Of a DNA stretch of 64,000 nt, positions 53,340 to 62,240 are shown in pieces (within the stretch, counting starts at the first letter, position 1; each line of letters begins with the position of its first letter). The stretch is from an uncultured bacterium (GTDB lineage Bacteria > RBG-13-66-14). The stretch lies in assembly GCA_964436465.1 (NCBI GenBank), contig CAYTCV010000006.1, positions 523 to 64,522 of the forward strand. The letters are read 5' to 3'. The translations under genes were made by a program, and so were the position numbers. The notes beneath the pieces are model-generated. The model ran no database searches. It was given only the letters and a program-made list of their open reading frames with translations, and had not been told where the DNA came from.

Positions 53340-54671
53340 GTGCGCGCGGTAATCGTCACCATCGGCAACGAGATTCTCTCCGGCGACACGCTGGACACCA
53401 ACTCGGCCTTTCTGGCGCAGGGGCTCAACGACCTCGGCATCCGGGTCGGCGCGCGATACACCGTCCCCGACGCCGCGGCCGCCATCGCGGGGGCCGTACG
53501 ACACGGGCTCGCCGAGGCGGACCTGGTCATCACCACCGGCGGCCTGGGGCCCACCCGGGACGACATCACCCTGGACACGGTGGCCGCGGAAATCGGCCAA
53601 CGGCTGGTCGTGGACCCGGAGCAGGCCCGGCGGGTGCGGGAGGTCTTCGCCCATCGCGCCATCGAGATGCCCGCCATCAACGAGAGCCAGTTCCGCCGCA
53701 TGGAAGGCGCGGTCATCGTCTACAACCCCTCGGGCACGGCTCCGGGCCAGCTCGCCCCGGCTAACGGCGGCCACGTCTGCCTGCTGCCCGGCGTGCCCCG
53801 GGAGGTCCGCGAGCTGTGGGAGGCAGGCATCCGCGAGGCCGTCCGCGCGCTCACGGATACACTCCTCGTCCGGTTCAAGCGCACCGTCCGCACCGCGGGC
53901 GTCTCCGAGAGCGTCCTGTCGCAAAGGCTGGAGGAAGCCGCGATTCTGGAAAAGCTCGACGATGCCGGCATCGAACTGGCCTTTCTCCCCCGCCACGGCC
54001 TGGTGGACCTGCGCCTGACGCAGTTCCTCCCGGGCGCGGACCCCCAGGCCGAGGGGCGCTTCGCCGAACTGGTCCGGGGGGTGGAGGCGGCGGTCGGCGG
54101 CTGCGTGTACGGCCGCGACGCGGACACCCTTTCCGGGGCGGTGGGCGCCCGACTGCGGGAGCTGGCCCTGTCGGTGGGCACCGCCGAGAGCTGCACCGGC
54201 GGCGGCATCGGGGACTGGCTCACCGACGTCCCCGGCAGCTCGGACTACTACGTCGGCGGCGTCATCGCCTACTCCAACGCAATTAAAACGAAGCTCCTCG
54301 GCGTTTCGGAAGAAATTCTGGAACGGCACGGGGCGGTGAGCCGCGAGACGGCGGCGGCCATGGCCCTCGGCGCCCTGGACGCCCTGGGGTGCGACATCGC
54401 CCTCTCCACCACCGGCGTCGCCGGTCCCGGGGGCGGTTCGGAGGAGAAACCGGTCGGGACGGTCTTCGTCGGCCTGGCCCAGCACCCGCGAACCCTGGAC
54501 GGCTGGCCGCCGACGCGGGGGCGGTTGCTGGACGAGCTCCAGCGGACCCAAATCCACGCGGGCCCGCACTTCCTCTTTACGAGACAGCTGAAACTCACCG
54601 GCGACCGGGACCTCGTGCGCCGCCGGACGGTCATCCACGCCCTGGACACCCTCCGCCGAAGGCTTGCCTGA
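53340..54671 (+). CDS. cinA: CinA-family competence/damage-inducible protein (MoaB/MocF-like domain plus NMN deamidase domain); GTG start with AAGGAG RBS
   Basis: VRAVIVTIGNEILSGDTLDTNSAFLA...; C-terminal CinA domain ESCTGGGIGDWLTDVPGSSDYYVGGVIAYSNAIK. RBS AAGGAG at 53327-53332. Confidence 0.85.
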   Translation: MRAVIVTIGNEILSGDTLDTNSAFLAQGLNDLGIRVGARYTVPDAAAAIAGAVRHGLAEADLVITTGGLGPTRDDITLDTVAAEIGQRLVVDPEQARRVREVFAHRAIEMPAINESQFRRMEGAVIVYNPSGTAPGQLAPANGGHVCLLPGVPREVRELWEAGIREAVRALTDTLLVRFKRTVRTAGVSESVLSQRLEEAAILEKLDDAGIELAFLPRHGLVDLRLTQFLPGADPQAEGRFAELVRGVEAAVGGCVYGRDADTLSGAVGARLRELALSVGTAESCTGGGIGDWLTDVPGSSDYYVGGVIAYSNAIKTKLLGVSEEILERHGAVSRETAAAMALGALDALGCDIALSTTGVAGPGGGSEEKPVGTVFVGLAQHPRTLDGWPPTRGRLLDELQRTQIHAGPHFLFTRQLKLTGDRDLVRRRTVIHALDTLRRRLA

Positions 54672-55450
54672 TGTTCCTCCAACTCCTGTTCTACTTCGGC
54701 TGGGGCGCCGGCCACGCCCTGCAGCCCGGCCACGGCAAGGCGATAATCTCCGCCTACATGGTCGGCAGCACCCCCGGCCGCAAACCGGCCCGCGCCGCCC
54801 TCGACGCGGTCATCCTGGGGCTCGTCACCGCCGCCACACACACCGTAGTCGTCTACGCCATCGCCCTCACGGTGAAGCTCGCCGGGAACCTGGTGGACGA
54901 GGTCCTCCTGCAGGGCATCACCTCCGTCGTCGGCGCCTCGCTGGTAATCCTGGTCGGCGTATGGATGCTCCGGGAGCGCATCCGGGAGCACGCGCGGCGC
55001 CAGGGAGTGGTAGACCACCACGGCGACGCGGTGGAACCGACCCACCACCATCACGGGCACGACCACACTCACCTTCCCGCCTGGGCCAAGGGGGATGAAG
55101 AACCCCGCTCGCTCAAGCGCCTTATCGCCCTGGGCGTCTCCGGCGGAATAGTGCCGTGCCGCGGGGCGCTGCTGATTTATTTCGGCAACTCGGCGGCGAC
55201 CGAGCTTTTCGACAAGCTGGCCGACCCGCTGGTCGCCCTGGCCTTCTACAGCCTGGGAATTGCGGTGACGATGATTGCGGTGGCCCTCATAGCGGTGTTC
55301 TTCTCGAAGACCGTGGAGCGCCTGTCGGGCCGCCTGCGGGGCGAAACGTTCTGGGGCAGGCTGTACCGCTTCCTGTGGTGGGCCGGGCCGGTGGTGGTCC
55401 TGGGCGTGGGCGGCTACCTGCTCCTGTACTCCTTCAACTTCCTCGGATGA
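54671..55450 (+). CDS. Nickel/cobalt efflux NicO/RcnA-family permease
   Basis: HALQPGHGK; His-rich loop HHHGHDHTH. The start overlaps the cinA stop (TGATG). Confidence 0.7.
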   Translation: MFLQLLFYFGWGAGHALQPGHGKAIISAYMVGSTPGRKPARAALDAVILGLVTAATHTVVVYAIALTVKLAGNLVDEVLLQGITSVVGASLVILVGVWMLRERIREHARRQGVVDHHGDAVEPTHHHHGHDHTHLPAWAKGDEEPRSLKRLIALGVSGGIVPCRGALLIYFGNSAATELFDKLADPLVALAFYSLGIAVTMIAVALIAVFFSKTVERLSGRLRGETFWGRLYRFLWWAGPVVVLGVGGYLLLYSFNFLG

Positions 55451-57366
55451 CCGAACGGCTGGCCAGCAACGATTTCCGGCGGGACGCCAAGCTGCTTTTG
55501 GCGCTCATTCTGGTCGCCCTGGCGGCGCGGGTGCTCTACGCCTTCGATTACTCCGACTCCCCCCTCTACCACTTCCCCATCATCGACGCCGGCTACCACA
55601 GCTTCCTGGCGCGGCTGGGCGCCGAGGGCTCCGCGCTTCCAGGCGGTCCCTACTTCAAGCCGCCGCTCTACGTCTGGTTCCTGACCGACCTCTACTCCTC
55701 GGTGGGCGGAAAATCCCCGGACGCAGTCCTCATCTTCAACACGCTGCTGGGCCTGGGCGTCGTCGCGCTGACCTTCCTGTGGGGGAGGAAGCTCTTCGGC
55801 AAATGGCCCGCCTTCGCCGCCGCACTCTTCGTCGCCCTCTACGACCTCGGCCCCTTCTTCGAGGAGCAGGCCCTCTCGGTCACCCTGGAAACCCTGACGT
55901 ACCTGGTCTCCCTGGCGCTGTTCGTCAACGCCTGGGAGGCGGGAATAGACTGGAGGACGCGGAAGGTCAGGCTCATCTGGGCCGGAATCGCCCTGGGATT
56001 CGGCGCGCTGGCCCGGCCCAACCTGCTGCTATTCCTGCCGGTGGCGGCGGCGTTGGGCCTGTTTTACGGCCTGCGCGACGAAAGTTACGGTTGGAAGCGG
56101 GCTCTGGCCGCCGCGCTCATCCCCCTGGGACTGGCGCTGGCGGTCATCCTCCCGGCCACCCTCCACAACCTCTTCGCGTCGGGCAGGCTCGTTCTGGTGA
56201 GCGCCAACGGCGGGGTGAACTTCTACATCGGCAACGGCCCGGAGGCGGACGGCTTTTCGTCCGTGCCGCCGGGGATGGCCTGGCGTCGGCTCGCGGGCGA
56301 TTCGGACCTCGGCGGCGCCGGGGGGCTGGCCGACGGGGGCTACTGGTATACCCGGGGTCTCGACGCCGTTTTCCGGTCCCCCGGACGGGCGGTCGGCCTC
56401 TTCTTCAAGAAACTTTTAGGGTTCTTCAACGCGGCGGATATCTCCAACAACGTGAACATCGGCTGGGCGCGGGGCCAGAGTCTGTGGCTCCGGTTCAACC
56501 CGCTGCGCTGGTGGCTGGCGGCGCCGTTCGGCCTGGCGGGGCTCGTGACGGCAATGGGGCGCGACCGCGGGCGGCTGCTGGCGAATCCCAAGGCGGGGCG
56601 CGGCCTCACGATAATCGTCGCCTTCAGCGTCACCTATGTCGTCGGTGTGGTAGCCTTCTTCGTCACCAGCCGGTATCGGATGCCGCTCCTGCCGGTCATG
56701 GCGCTTCTCGGCGCCGGGTTCGTCGCCTACATCGTCCGCATGGTCCGGGATAAAAAGGCCCGGCTGAGCTTTCTGCCCTGGGTTCTGCTCCTGGTCTGCC
56801 TGGGGCTGACCCTGGCGCCCGTGGTGCCGGCGGACGACGGCTTTTCGGGAAATTTCTACGCCGGGTTGGCCCTCGAGAAGCGGGGGCTTTCCACCGAGGC
56901 GCTCGTCGAGTACAATCGGGCCCTGGAAATCCGCCCCGACGACGCCGAGACCTACGAGCGCCGGGGCACGGTGCGGGGTAGTCTGGGCGACTTCGCGGGG
57001 CAGTTCGAAGATTACCGGCGCGCGGTGGAGCTGGCCCCGGACTACCCTGACGCCCTCTACAACCTGGCGGCGCTGCGACAGCGGTCCGGAGCCCCCCCGT
57101 CGGAGTATACGGCGCTCTACGCGCGGGCCGTCGAGGCCGACCCCGACTTCATCCCCGCGCGGATGGCCCTCGGGATGACGCTCAAGGCGCTGGGGCGGTA
57201 CGACGAGGCGGCCGGTCAGTTCGAGAAGGCGGTGAACCGCCGGCCCCGCTTCAGTGCCGCCCACCGCTTCCTCGGCGAGGTGTACGAGGCGCAGGGGCGG
57301 CTGCCGGAAGCTGCGCGGGAGTTCTTCCTGGCCGATTATTTCGGCGGCGAAATCTGGAGTTTTTAA
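55447..57366 (+). CDS. PMT/ArnT-like (GT39/GT83-type GT-C) membrane glycosyltransferase with C-terminal TPR repeats, paralog 1
   Basis: More than 10 TM helices, then TPR repeats (EALVEYNRALEIRPDDAETYERRGTVRGSLGDF..., ALYNLAALRQRSG..., RMALGMTLKALGRYDEAAGQFEKAV). The ATG overlaps the NicO stop (ATGA). Confidence 0.65.
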   Translation: MTERLASNDFRRDAKLLLALILVALAARVLYAFDYSDSPLYHFPIIDAGYHSFLARLGAEGSALPGGPYFKPPLYVWFLTDLYSSVGGKSPDAVLIFNTLLGLGVVALTFLWGRKLFGKWPAFAAALFVALYDLGPFFEEQALSVTLETLTYLVSLALFVNAWEAGIDWRTRKVRLIWAGIALGFGALARPNLLLFLPVAAALGLFYGLRDESYGWKRALAAALIPLGLALAVILPATLHNLFASGRLVLVSANGGVNFYIGNGPEADGFSSVPPGMAWRRLAGDSDLGGAGGLADGGYWYTRGLDAVFRSPGRAVGLFFKKLLGFFNAADISNNVNIGWARGQSLWLRFNPLRWWLAAPFGLAGLVTAMGRDRGRLLANPKAGRGLTIIVAFSVTYVVGVVAFFVTSRYRMPLLPVMALLGAGFVAYIVRMVRDKKARLSFLPWVLLLVCLGLTLAPVVPADDGFSGNFYAGLALEKRGLSTEALVEYNRALEIRPDDAETYERRGTVRGSLGDFAGQFEDYRRAVELAPDYPDALYNLAALRQRSGAPPSEYTALYARAVEADPDFIPARMALGMTLKALGRYDEAAGQFEKAVNRRPRFSAAHRFLGEVYEAQGRLPEAAREFFLADYFGGEIWSF

Positions 57367-57367
57367 A

Positions 57368-58030
57368 ATGCTCGAGACCTGGCAGAAGAAAGCGGTTTTC
57401 CGGCGCGCGTTCCTGGGCGCGTCGCGGCTGACACTCCTGGTCGTCCTGTTGGGGGCGGCGCTCATCTGCAACCTCGTCCTCGCCTGGTTCTGGCCTTCCG
57501 TCGGCCTCCTCGCCGTCGCCGTGCTCGGCTATATCGTCTGGTCCGCCACGGTCACCGGGCGCCCGGTCCACATCGCGCGCTCCATCCTGCGCGAGTTGTC
57601 CGGTTTCAGCGGCCTGTCGCACAAGTTCAAATCCCGCCTGGCCGCCATCGAGCGGGTGTTCGCCAACTTCTGGGACAAGACGGACGCCCTGGACGAGGAC
57701 GTCATCGGAGAAACCCGGCGGGAGGCGCTGCGGGCCCTCATTGCTCTGTCTTCACGGCTGCGGGCCGTGGGGCTCGCCGATAGGGTCAACCGCGACGCCC
57801 GGCGCATGGGGAAGTCGAGCGACCGGGCCGAGGAGATGGTCGCCGGCGCCGTGGACGAGGTGGACCAGTTCGTAGAGATGCTGAACCAGACCGCCGTCAC
57901 CGCCGCCGAGGTCCTGCTCGCCGGCCGCGAGGAGGCGACGGACCGAATGAAACGGGCGGCCGAGGAGCTGGCCCTGTGGCAGAAATCACTCGCCGAGGCC
58001 CAGGCCGAGCTCGACGAGTCGGGATTTTAG
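57368..58030 (+). CDS. Membrane hypothetical protein (two TM helices plus coiled coil)
   Basis: The ATG lies 2 nt after the upstream stop; no family recognised. Confidence 0.45.
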   Translation: MLETWQKKAVFRRAFLGASRLTLLVVLLGAALICNLVLAWFWPSVGLLAVAVLGYIVWSATVTGRPVHIARSILRELSGFSGLSHKFKSRLAAIERVFANFWDKTDALDEDVIGETRREALRALIALSSRLRAVGLADRVNRDARRMGKSSDRAEEMVAGAVDEVDQFVEMLNQTAVTAAEVLLAGREEATDRMKRAAEELALWQKSLAEAQAELDESGF

Positions 58031-58053
58031 CCGGCCAGTCGTCAGGAGGAATC

Positions 58054-58788
58054 ATGAACGCAAGAGGCGCGGCCATCGTGACCGGAGGGGCGAGGGGAAT
58101 CGGGGCCGCCGTGGCCCGGGCGCTGGCGCGGGAGTTCCCCGTCGCCGTGTGGGACCTGGACGCCCCGGGGGCCGAGGGTACCGCCGGGGAAATCACCGTC
58201 GGAGGCGGTAAGGCGAAGGCCTGGGGCGTGGATATTAGCGACTTCGACGCCGTCCAGGCCGCGGCCGAGGAGGTTACGAAGGCCTTCGGCGCCGTCGAGG
58301 TTTTGGTAAACAACGCCGGCGTAACCCGCGACGGCCTGTTCATGCGCATGCGGCCCGAGGACTGGGACCTGGTGTTGAAGGTTAATCTCACCGGGGCGTT
58401 CAACTGCTGCAAGGCGGTGACACGCCCGATGCAGAAGGCGCGCAAGGGCCGCATAGTAAACGTCACGAGCGTGGTCGGCCTCACCGGCAACGTGGGGCAG
58501 GCCAACTACGCCGCCAGCAAGTCGGGGCTCCTGGGGCTGACCAAGAGTCTGGCCAAGGAGCTGGGCGGGCGCGGGGTCACCGTCAACGCCGTGGCGCCGG
58601 GGTTCATCGAGACCGAGATGACCGCCGGCCTGCCCGAAGAAGTGAAAAAGGCGTTCCTGGCCGCCGTTCCCCTGGGCCGGGCCGGGACGCCCGAGGACGT
58701 GGCCGGGGTCATCGCATTCCTCTGCTCCCCCGCGGCGGATTACATCACCGGCCAGGTCATCAACATCGACGGCGGGATGGTCATGTAG
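58054..58788 (+). CDS. fabG: 3-oxoacyl-ACP reductase (SDR)
   Basis: AIVTGGARGIG...NNAG...; YAASK catalytic motif; IDGGMVM C-terminus. Confidence 0.85.
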   Translation: MNARGAAIVTGGARGIGAAVARALAREFPVAVWDLDAPGAEGTAGEITVGGGKAKAWGVDISDFDAVQAAAEEVTKAFGAVEVLVNNAGVTRDGLFMRMRPEDWDLVLKVNLTGAFNCCKAVTRPMQKARKGRIVNVTSVVGLTGNVGQANYAASKSGLLGLTKSLAKELGGRGVTVNAVAPGFIETEMTAGLPEEVKKAFLAAVPLGRAGTPEDVAGVIAFLCSPAADYITGQVINIDGGMVM

Positions 58789-58819
58789 GGCGGTTGCACC
58801 GGCGTGAAGACGGCTGCAT

Positions 58820-59090
58820 GTCCCCTCTCCCTTCCAGGGAGAGGGTTAGGGTGAGGGTCGGGGTGTAGAATGCAAGAGGCGGCGGGGATAGGAATCCCCG
58901 CCCTACATTTAGAATCGCACGACAACCTCGTAGGGGCGGCCCTCTGTGGCCGCCCGCGGGCGGGTCAGGAGACACGCCCCTACGTCATCGCAGAGAATGA
59001 AGCGGCGGGGATAGGTATCTGCGACCGAAGGTAATCCCCGCCCTACATTTGGCGTGAATCGCGTATAAACCTCGTAGGGGTACGCCCATA
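58820..59090. repeat. REP-like repeat cluster (locus 6, at least five hairpin modules, BIME-like)
   Basis: CCCCTCTCCCTTCCAGGGAGAGGG; GGCGGGGATAGGAATCCCCGCCCTACATTT; CGTAGGGGCGGCCCTCTGTGGCCGCC; CGCCCCTACGTCATCGCA; GGCGGGGATAGGT...AATCCCCGCCCTACATTT; CTCGTAGGGGTACGCCC. Confidence 0.6.
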
Positions 59091-59092
59091 TG

Positions 59093-59680
59093 TCAAATAC
59101 CGAAGGGGAACTCCCCCAGCGCCGTGTACCGCGCCCCGCCGGGGCCCAGCTCGCTCAAAAAGAGAGTGATGCCCCGGCAGCGCCAGACGCCGAAACTCTC
59201 CCCCCCAAAGCGCCCCAGAAGCTCCATCGCGTCCCGGGGCCGTTGTTCCTTGCGGACACGGGCCAGCGTGGCGTGGGGCGTAAAGAGTCGCCTCTCCTTT
59301 TGAAATCCCAGCTTGGCCGCGGCATCCTCTATTACCAGCGCCAGTCTCCGCAGCTCGACCGTCCCCCGGTCCAGCCCGGCGTAGAGGACTCGCGGCGGTC
59401 TCGGCGTCCGGCGGTCCCCCTCCGCCGGGGGGCGCAGCGGCGGCAGCGTCCCCAGACCGGTCAGTCCTAGCTCGAAGGGGGTGAGCGGACGGCAGACCGC
59501 TGCCAGTTCTTCTTTTATCCGCGGAACCCGCCCCTCGTCCGTCTCCCCCAGAAATTTCAGCGTCAGGTGGACGTTCCCCGCCGCCACCCAGCGCCAGGCG
59601 GGGTCGCGCGAGGCGCCCCGCACGGAGGCCAGTTTCTCCTGCACCTCGGGGGGAATCTCCGCCGCCACGAAAAGGCGCAC
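59093..59680 (-). CDS. thpR: RNA 2',3'-cyclic phosphodiesterase (2H phosphoesterase, LigT/ThpR)
   Basis: Two H-x-T/S-x motifs, HLTLKFLGE and HATLARV. Confidence 0.8.
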   Translation of the reverse strand: MRLFVAAEIPPEVQEKLASVRGASRDPAWRWVAAGNVHLTLKFLGETDEGRVPRIKEELAAVCRPLTPFELGLTGLGTLPPLRPPAEGDRRTPRPPRVLYAGLDRGTVELRRLALVIEDAAAKLGFQKERRLFTPHATLARVRKEQRPRDAMELLGRFGGESFGVWRCRGITLFLSELGPGGARYTALGEFPFGI

Positions 59681-59794
59681 TGCTACAATCCTCCACGGTT
59701 TACCGACCGGGAAAGCCTAGCATCCCGACGGCCCGGGGTCAATCGGGCGCGGGCCCGCGCCTTAATGCTATACTTGGAGTCGAAAGGCGGGGAC

Positions 59795-60709
59795 ATGGCC
59801 GATTTCGAAGTCCGGCTCTTAAAAGGCGATGGACCGACAATCACGGGCCTCGGCGCGTTTTATCTCACCGACTACCTGAACGCCGTCCGAGAGACTTTCG
59901 GTAACGCCGTCGAGCTGTACGAAGTTACCTCCGGCGGGGAAACGCGGGCCCTCTTCCCCCTCCTGCGGGAGGGCAACCTCGGTGTCCTGCCGCTCCTGGG
60001 CCAGTACTGGGGCATCTGGGACATGCCCCTGACGGACCCGGCGCCGGGCAGGGCCGAGTCGGTCTGGGAGAAAACGGTTTGCGCGGTGGACGAGTACCTG
60101 CGCGAACTGGGCCTCGCCGAGGCCGCCTTCATCCACCCGCCCCATGTCACCGACGCGCGGCCCTTCCTGCGCCTGGGCTGGGAGGTCGTTCCCCGCTACA
60201 CGTACCTCGTACCCGCCGTGGGTGAGGAGGCGTGGGATTCAGCCACGCGCCGCCAGTTGAAGAAGTTCCGCGAGTCGGGCGTCGAGGTCCGCGTCGCCCG
60301 CTCGTGGGAGAGGCTTTACCGCCTGCACCGGGAGGGCATGGACCGCCAGCGCCTGCCCCACGCGCCGGAGGCTCTGGTCAAGGGATTGGCGTCGCGGGGG
60401 ACGATTTACGAGACGGACACGGCGGCCGTTCTTTTCGGGAAAGACGAAACCTCCGGGTACTACGCCCTCGCGGCCAGCGACCCGGCGGGGCACGGCGACG
60501 GCTCCCCCACCGCCCTCGTCGCCCGGGTCCTGGAGGAGTTGGGCAAAGACGGCCTGAGCCTGGACTTCGTGGGCGCCAACACGGAAAAGCTCTGCCGCTT
60601 CAAGCGGGGCTTCGGCGGACGGTTAGTACCATACTTCCAGACCCGGGCCGTCTTCGCCAAGAGCCGCAAGTTCCTCAAGGGGATGCGGAGGGCGCTGCGG
60701 GGTGACTAG
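59795..60709 (+). CDS. FemAB/BioF2-like (GNAT-fold) acyl- or aminoacyl-transferase domain protein
   Basis: Weak recognition from overall layout (RQLKKFRESGVEVRVARSWERLYRLH...). The start could also be ATG 59765. Confidence 0.4.
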   Translation: MADFEVRLLKGDGPTITGLGAFYLTDYLNAVRETFGNAVELYEVTSGGETRALFPLLREGNLGVLPLLGQYWGIWDMPLTDPAPGRAESVWEKTVCAVDEYLRELGLAEAAFIHPPHVTDARPFLRLGWEVVPRYTYLVPAVGEEAWDSATRRQLKKFRESGVEVRVARSWERLYRLHREGMDRQRLPHAPEALVKGLASRGTIYETDTAAVLFGKDETSGYYALAASDPAGHGDGSPTALVARVLEELGKDGLSLDFVGANTEKLCRFKRGFGGRLVPYFQTRAVFAKSRKFLKGMRRALRGD

Positions 60710-62240
60710 GCTCCTGTTCAGTGATGAAGTGGAGTTGGGACGCCGACGAAGGCTGGGGTATGCTTTTGGCGAAATCCTGCGCCTGGGCGGCGTTCTCGTT
60801 CCGAATGACGCGGCGATGGTCGGCTACGGGACGGAGGGGGACGTCGCCATCCGCCCCGCGACCGCGGACGAGCCGACGGCCGTGCGCCTTGAAATCCGGG
60901 GCAATCCGTCGAATCCTTTCGGGTGGCCCGCCGAGCTTTACGCCCTCTTCGCCGACGCCGAGGCCCGGCTCCCGGGCAAACCGCTCTACGCGGACGATTC
61001 CGGCCGGGCGCTCATCACCCTCGACGGGGACCGCGTCCGACTCGCGGCGGACCCCCTGGAAACGGCGTGGCGCCTTCTGGGCCAGGAGGAGGAGCGGCGT
61101 TACCCCGAGCGGCGCGACGAGCACGGCCGCCTCTCGCAGGGCACGAGCGCCCTGCCGCCGGAAATTTTCGCGAGGCCGTGGCTGGAGGCGTGGGGCCGTT
61201 TCTTCGCCGGTGCACTCGCTTTTAAAAACACCGTCGTCCGGTACGGCCGCCACCCCGGCGGGGCGGACTGGTCGGTAGTCCTGACCCATGACGTGGATTC
61301 GCTCTCCGAGCGGAGCTTCTGGCGGGCCATGCGTCTCATCGCCGGCGGCGTGCTCAAGCTCTCGAAAGCGCATTTCCGGGCCGCGGGGCGGATGTTCCGT
61401 CTGCTGGGCGCACCCGACCGGCACCGCCGCCTGGAGAAGTGCGTCGCGGCCGACGCGCCGGACCGGGGGACCTACCTCTTCCACGCCGGGCGCCGCGGGC
61501 GCTTGGACCCGGAGTACAGCTTCAACGGGCTCCGGCGCGAGCTGGCTTTTTTGAGAAAATCCGGCCAGGAAATCGGCGTCCACTACGGCTACGAAACCGC
61601 CGGCGATTTTGGAAGCCTCGGCGCGGAACTGGCCGCCTTCGAGCGAGCTACCGGCTTCCCCCCCACGGGCGGTCGGGCGCACTACCTCCACCTGCGCGGC
61701 CCCGAGGACCTCGGTCTCATCGCGCGGACCTGTCTGGCCTACGATTCCAGTCTCGGCTTCCCCGACGGCCCCGGCTACCGCGTCGGCGCCGGCGGCCCGT
61801 ACCGGGTCTTAGATGATGTAACCGGTGAACTATCAAACCTGTATGAAATTCCGCTCATCGTGATGGACGGCGCACTCTTCAGAAAATACGGCGAGGGTCC
61901 CGTAAACGTGGAGGACGCCTGGGACCGCGTCCGTCAGTACCTCGACGCCGCGCGGGAGGCGGGCGCCGCCTGCTGCATCCTCTGGCATCAGAGGGTCTTC
62001 GGCCCGGCCTACCCCGGCTGGGGCGATGTGTACGCCCGAATCCTGGCCTACGCCCGGGAGAACGGCGCCTGGTGCGGCCCGGCCGGGGAATTAACCGACC
62101 ACGCACGAACCGCCGAACGGCTGTTCGCGGCGGGGAATCGTATCACCAACAACTCAAGTAAAATCATCAAATTATCCATTTCGAGCCCACCCGGAAAAAC
62201 CGTCGAGCTCCACCCCGGTGAAACACTCCCCGTCAGCTAG
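60702..62240 (+). CDS. Polysaccharide deacetylase (CE4/NodB-like) family protein
   Basis: VVLTHDVD (Asp-Asp metal motif) and HYLHLRG are present. The N-terminal region is less clear. Confidence 0.7.
   Translation: MTRLLFSDEVELGRRRRLGYAFGEILRLGGVLVPNDAAMVGYGTEGDVAIRPATADEPTAVRLEIRGNPSNPFGWPAELYALFADAEARLPGKPLYADDSGRALITLDGDRVRLAADPLETAWRLLGQEEERRYPERRDEHGRLSQGTSALPPEIFARPWLEAWGRFFAGALAFKNTVVRYGRHPGGADWSVVLTHDVDSLSERSFWRAMRLIAGGVLKLSKAHFRAAGRMFRLLGAPDRHRRLEKCVAADAPDRGTYLFHAGRRGRLDPEYSFNGLRRELAFLRKSGQEIGVHYGYETAGDFGSLGAELAAFERATGFPPTGGRAHYLHLRGPEDLGLIARTCLAYDSSLGFPDGPGYRVGAGGPYRVLDDVTGELSNLYEIPLIVMDGALFRKYGEGPVNVEDAWDRVRQYLDAAREAGAACCILWHQRVFGPAYPGWGDVYARILAYARENGAWCGPAGELTDHARTAERLFAAGNRITNNSSKIIKLSISSPPGKTVELHPGETLPVS

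Noticed and set aside
4822-59090. Possible CRISPR array, given the recurring palindromic repeats.
   Set aside because: The repeats are heterogeneous modules, irregularly spaced and scattered across six loci. There are no regular repeat-spacer units and no cas genes, so they are REP/BIME-like elements rather than CRISPR.
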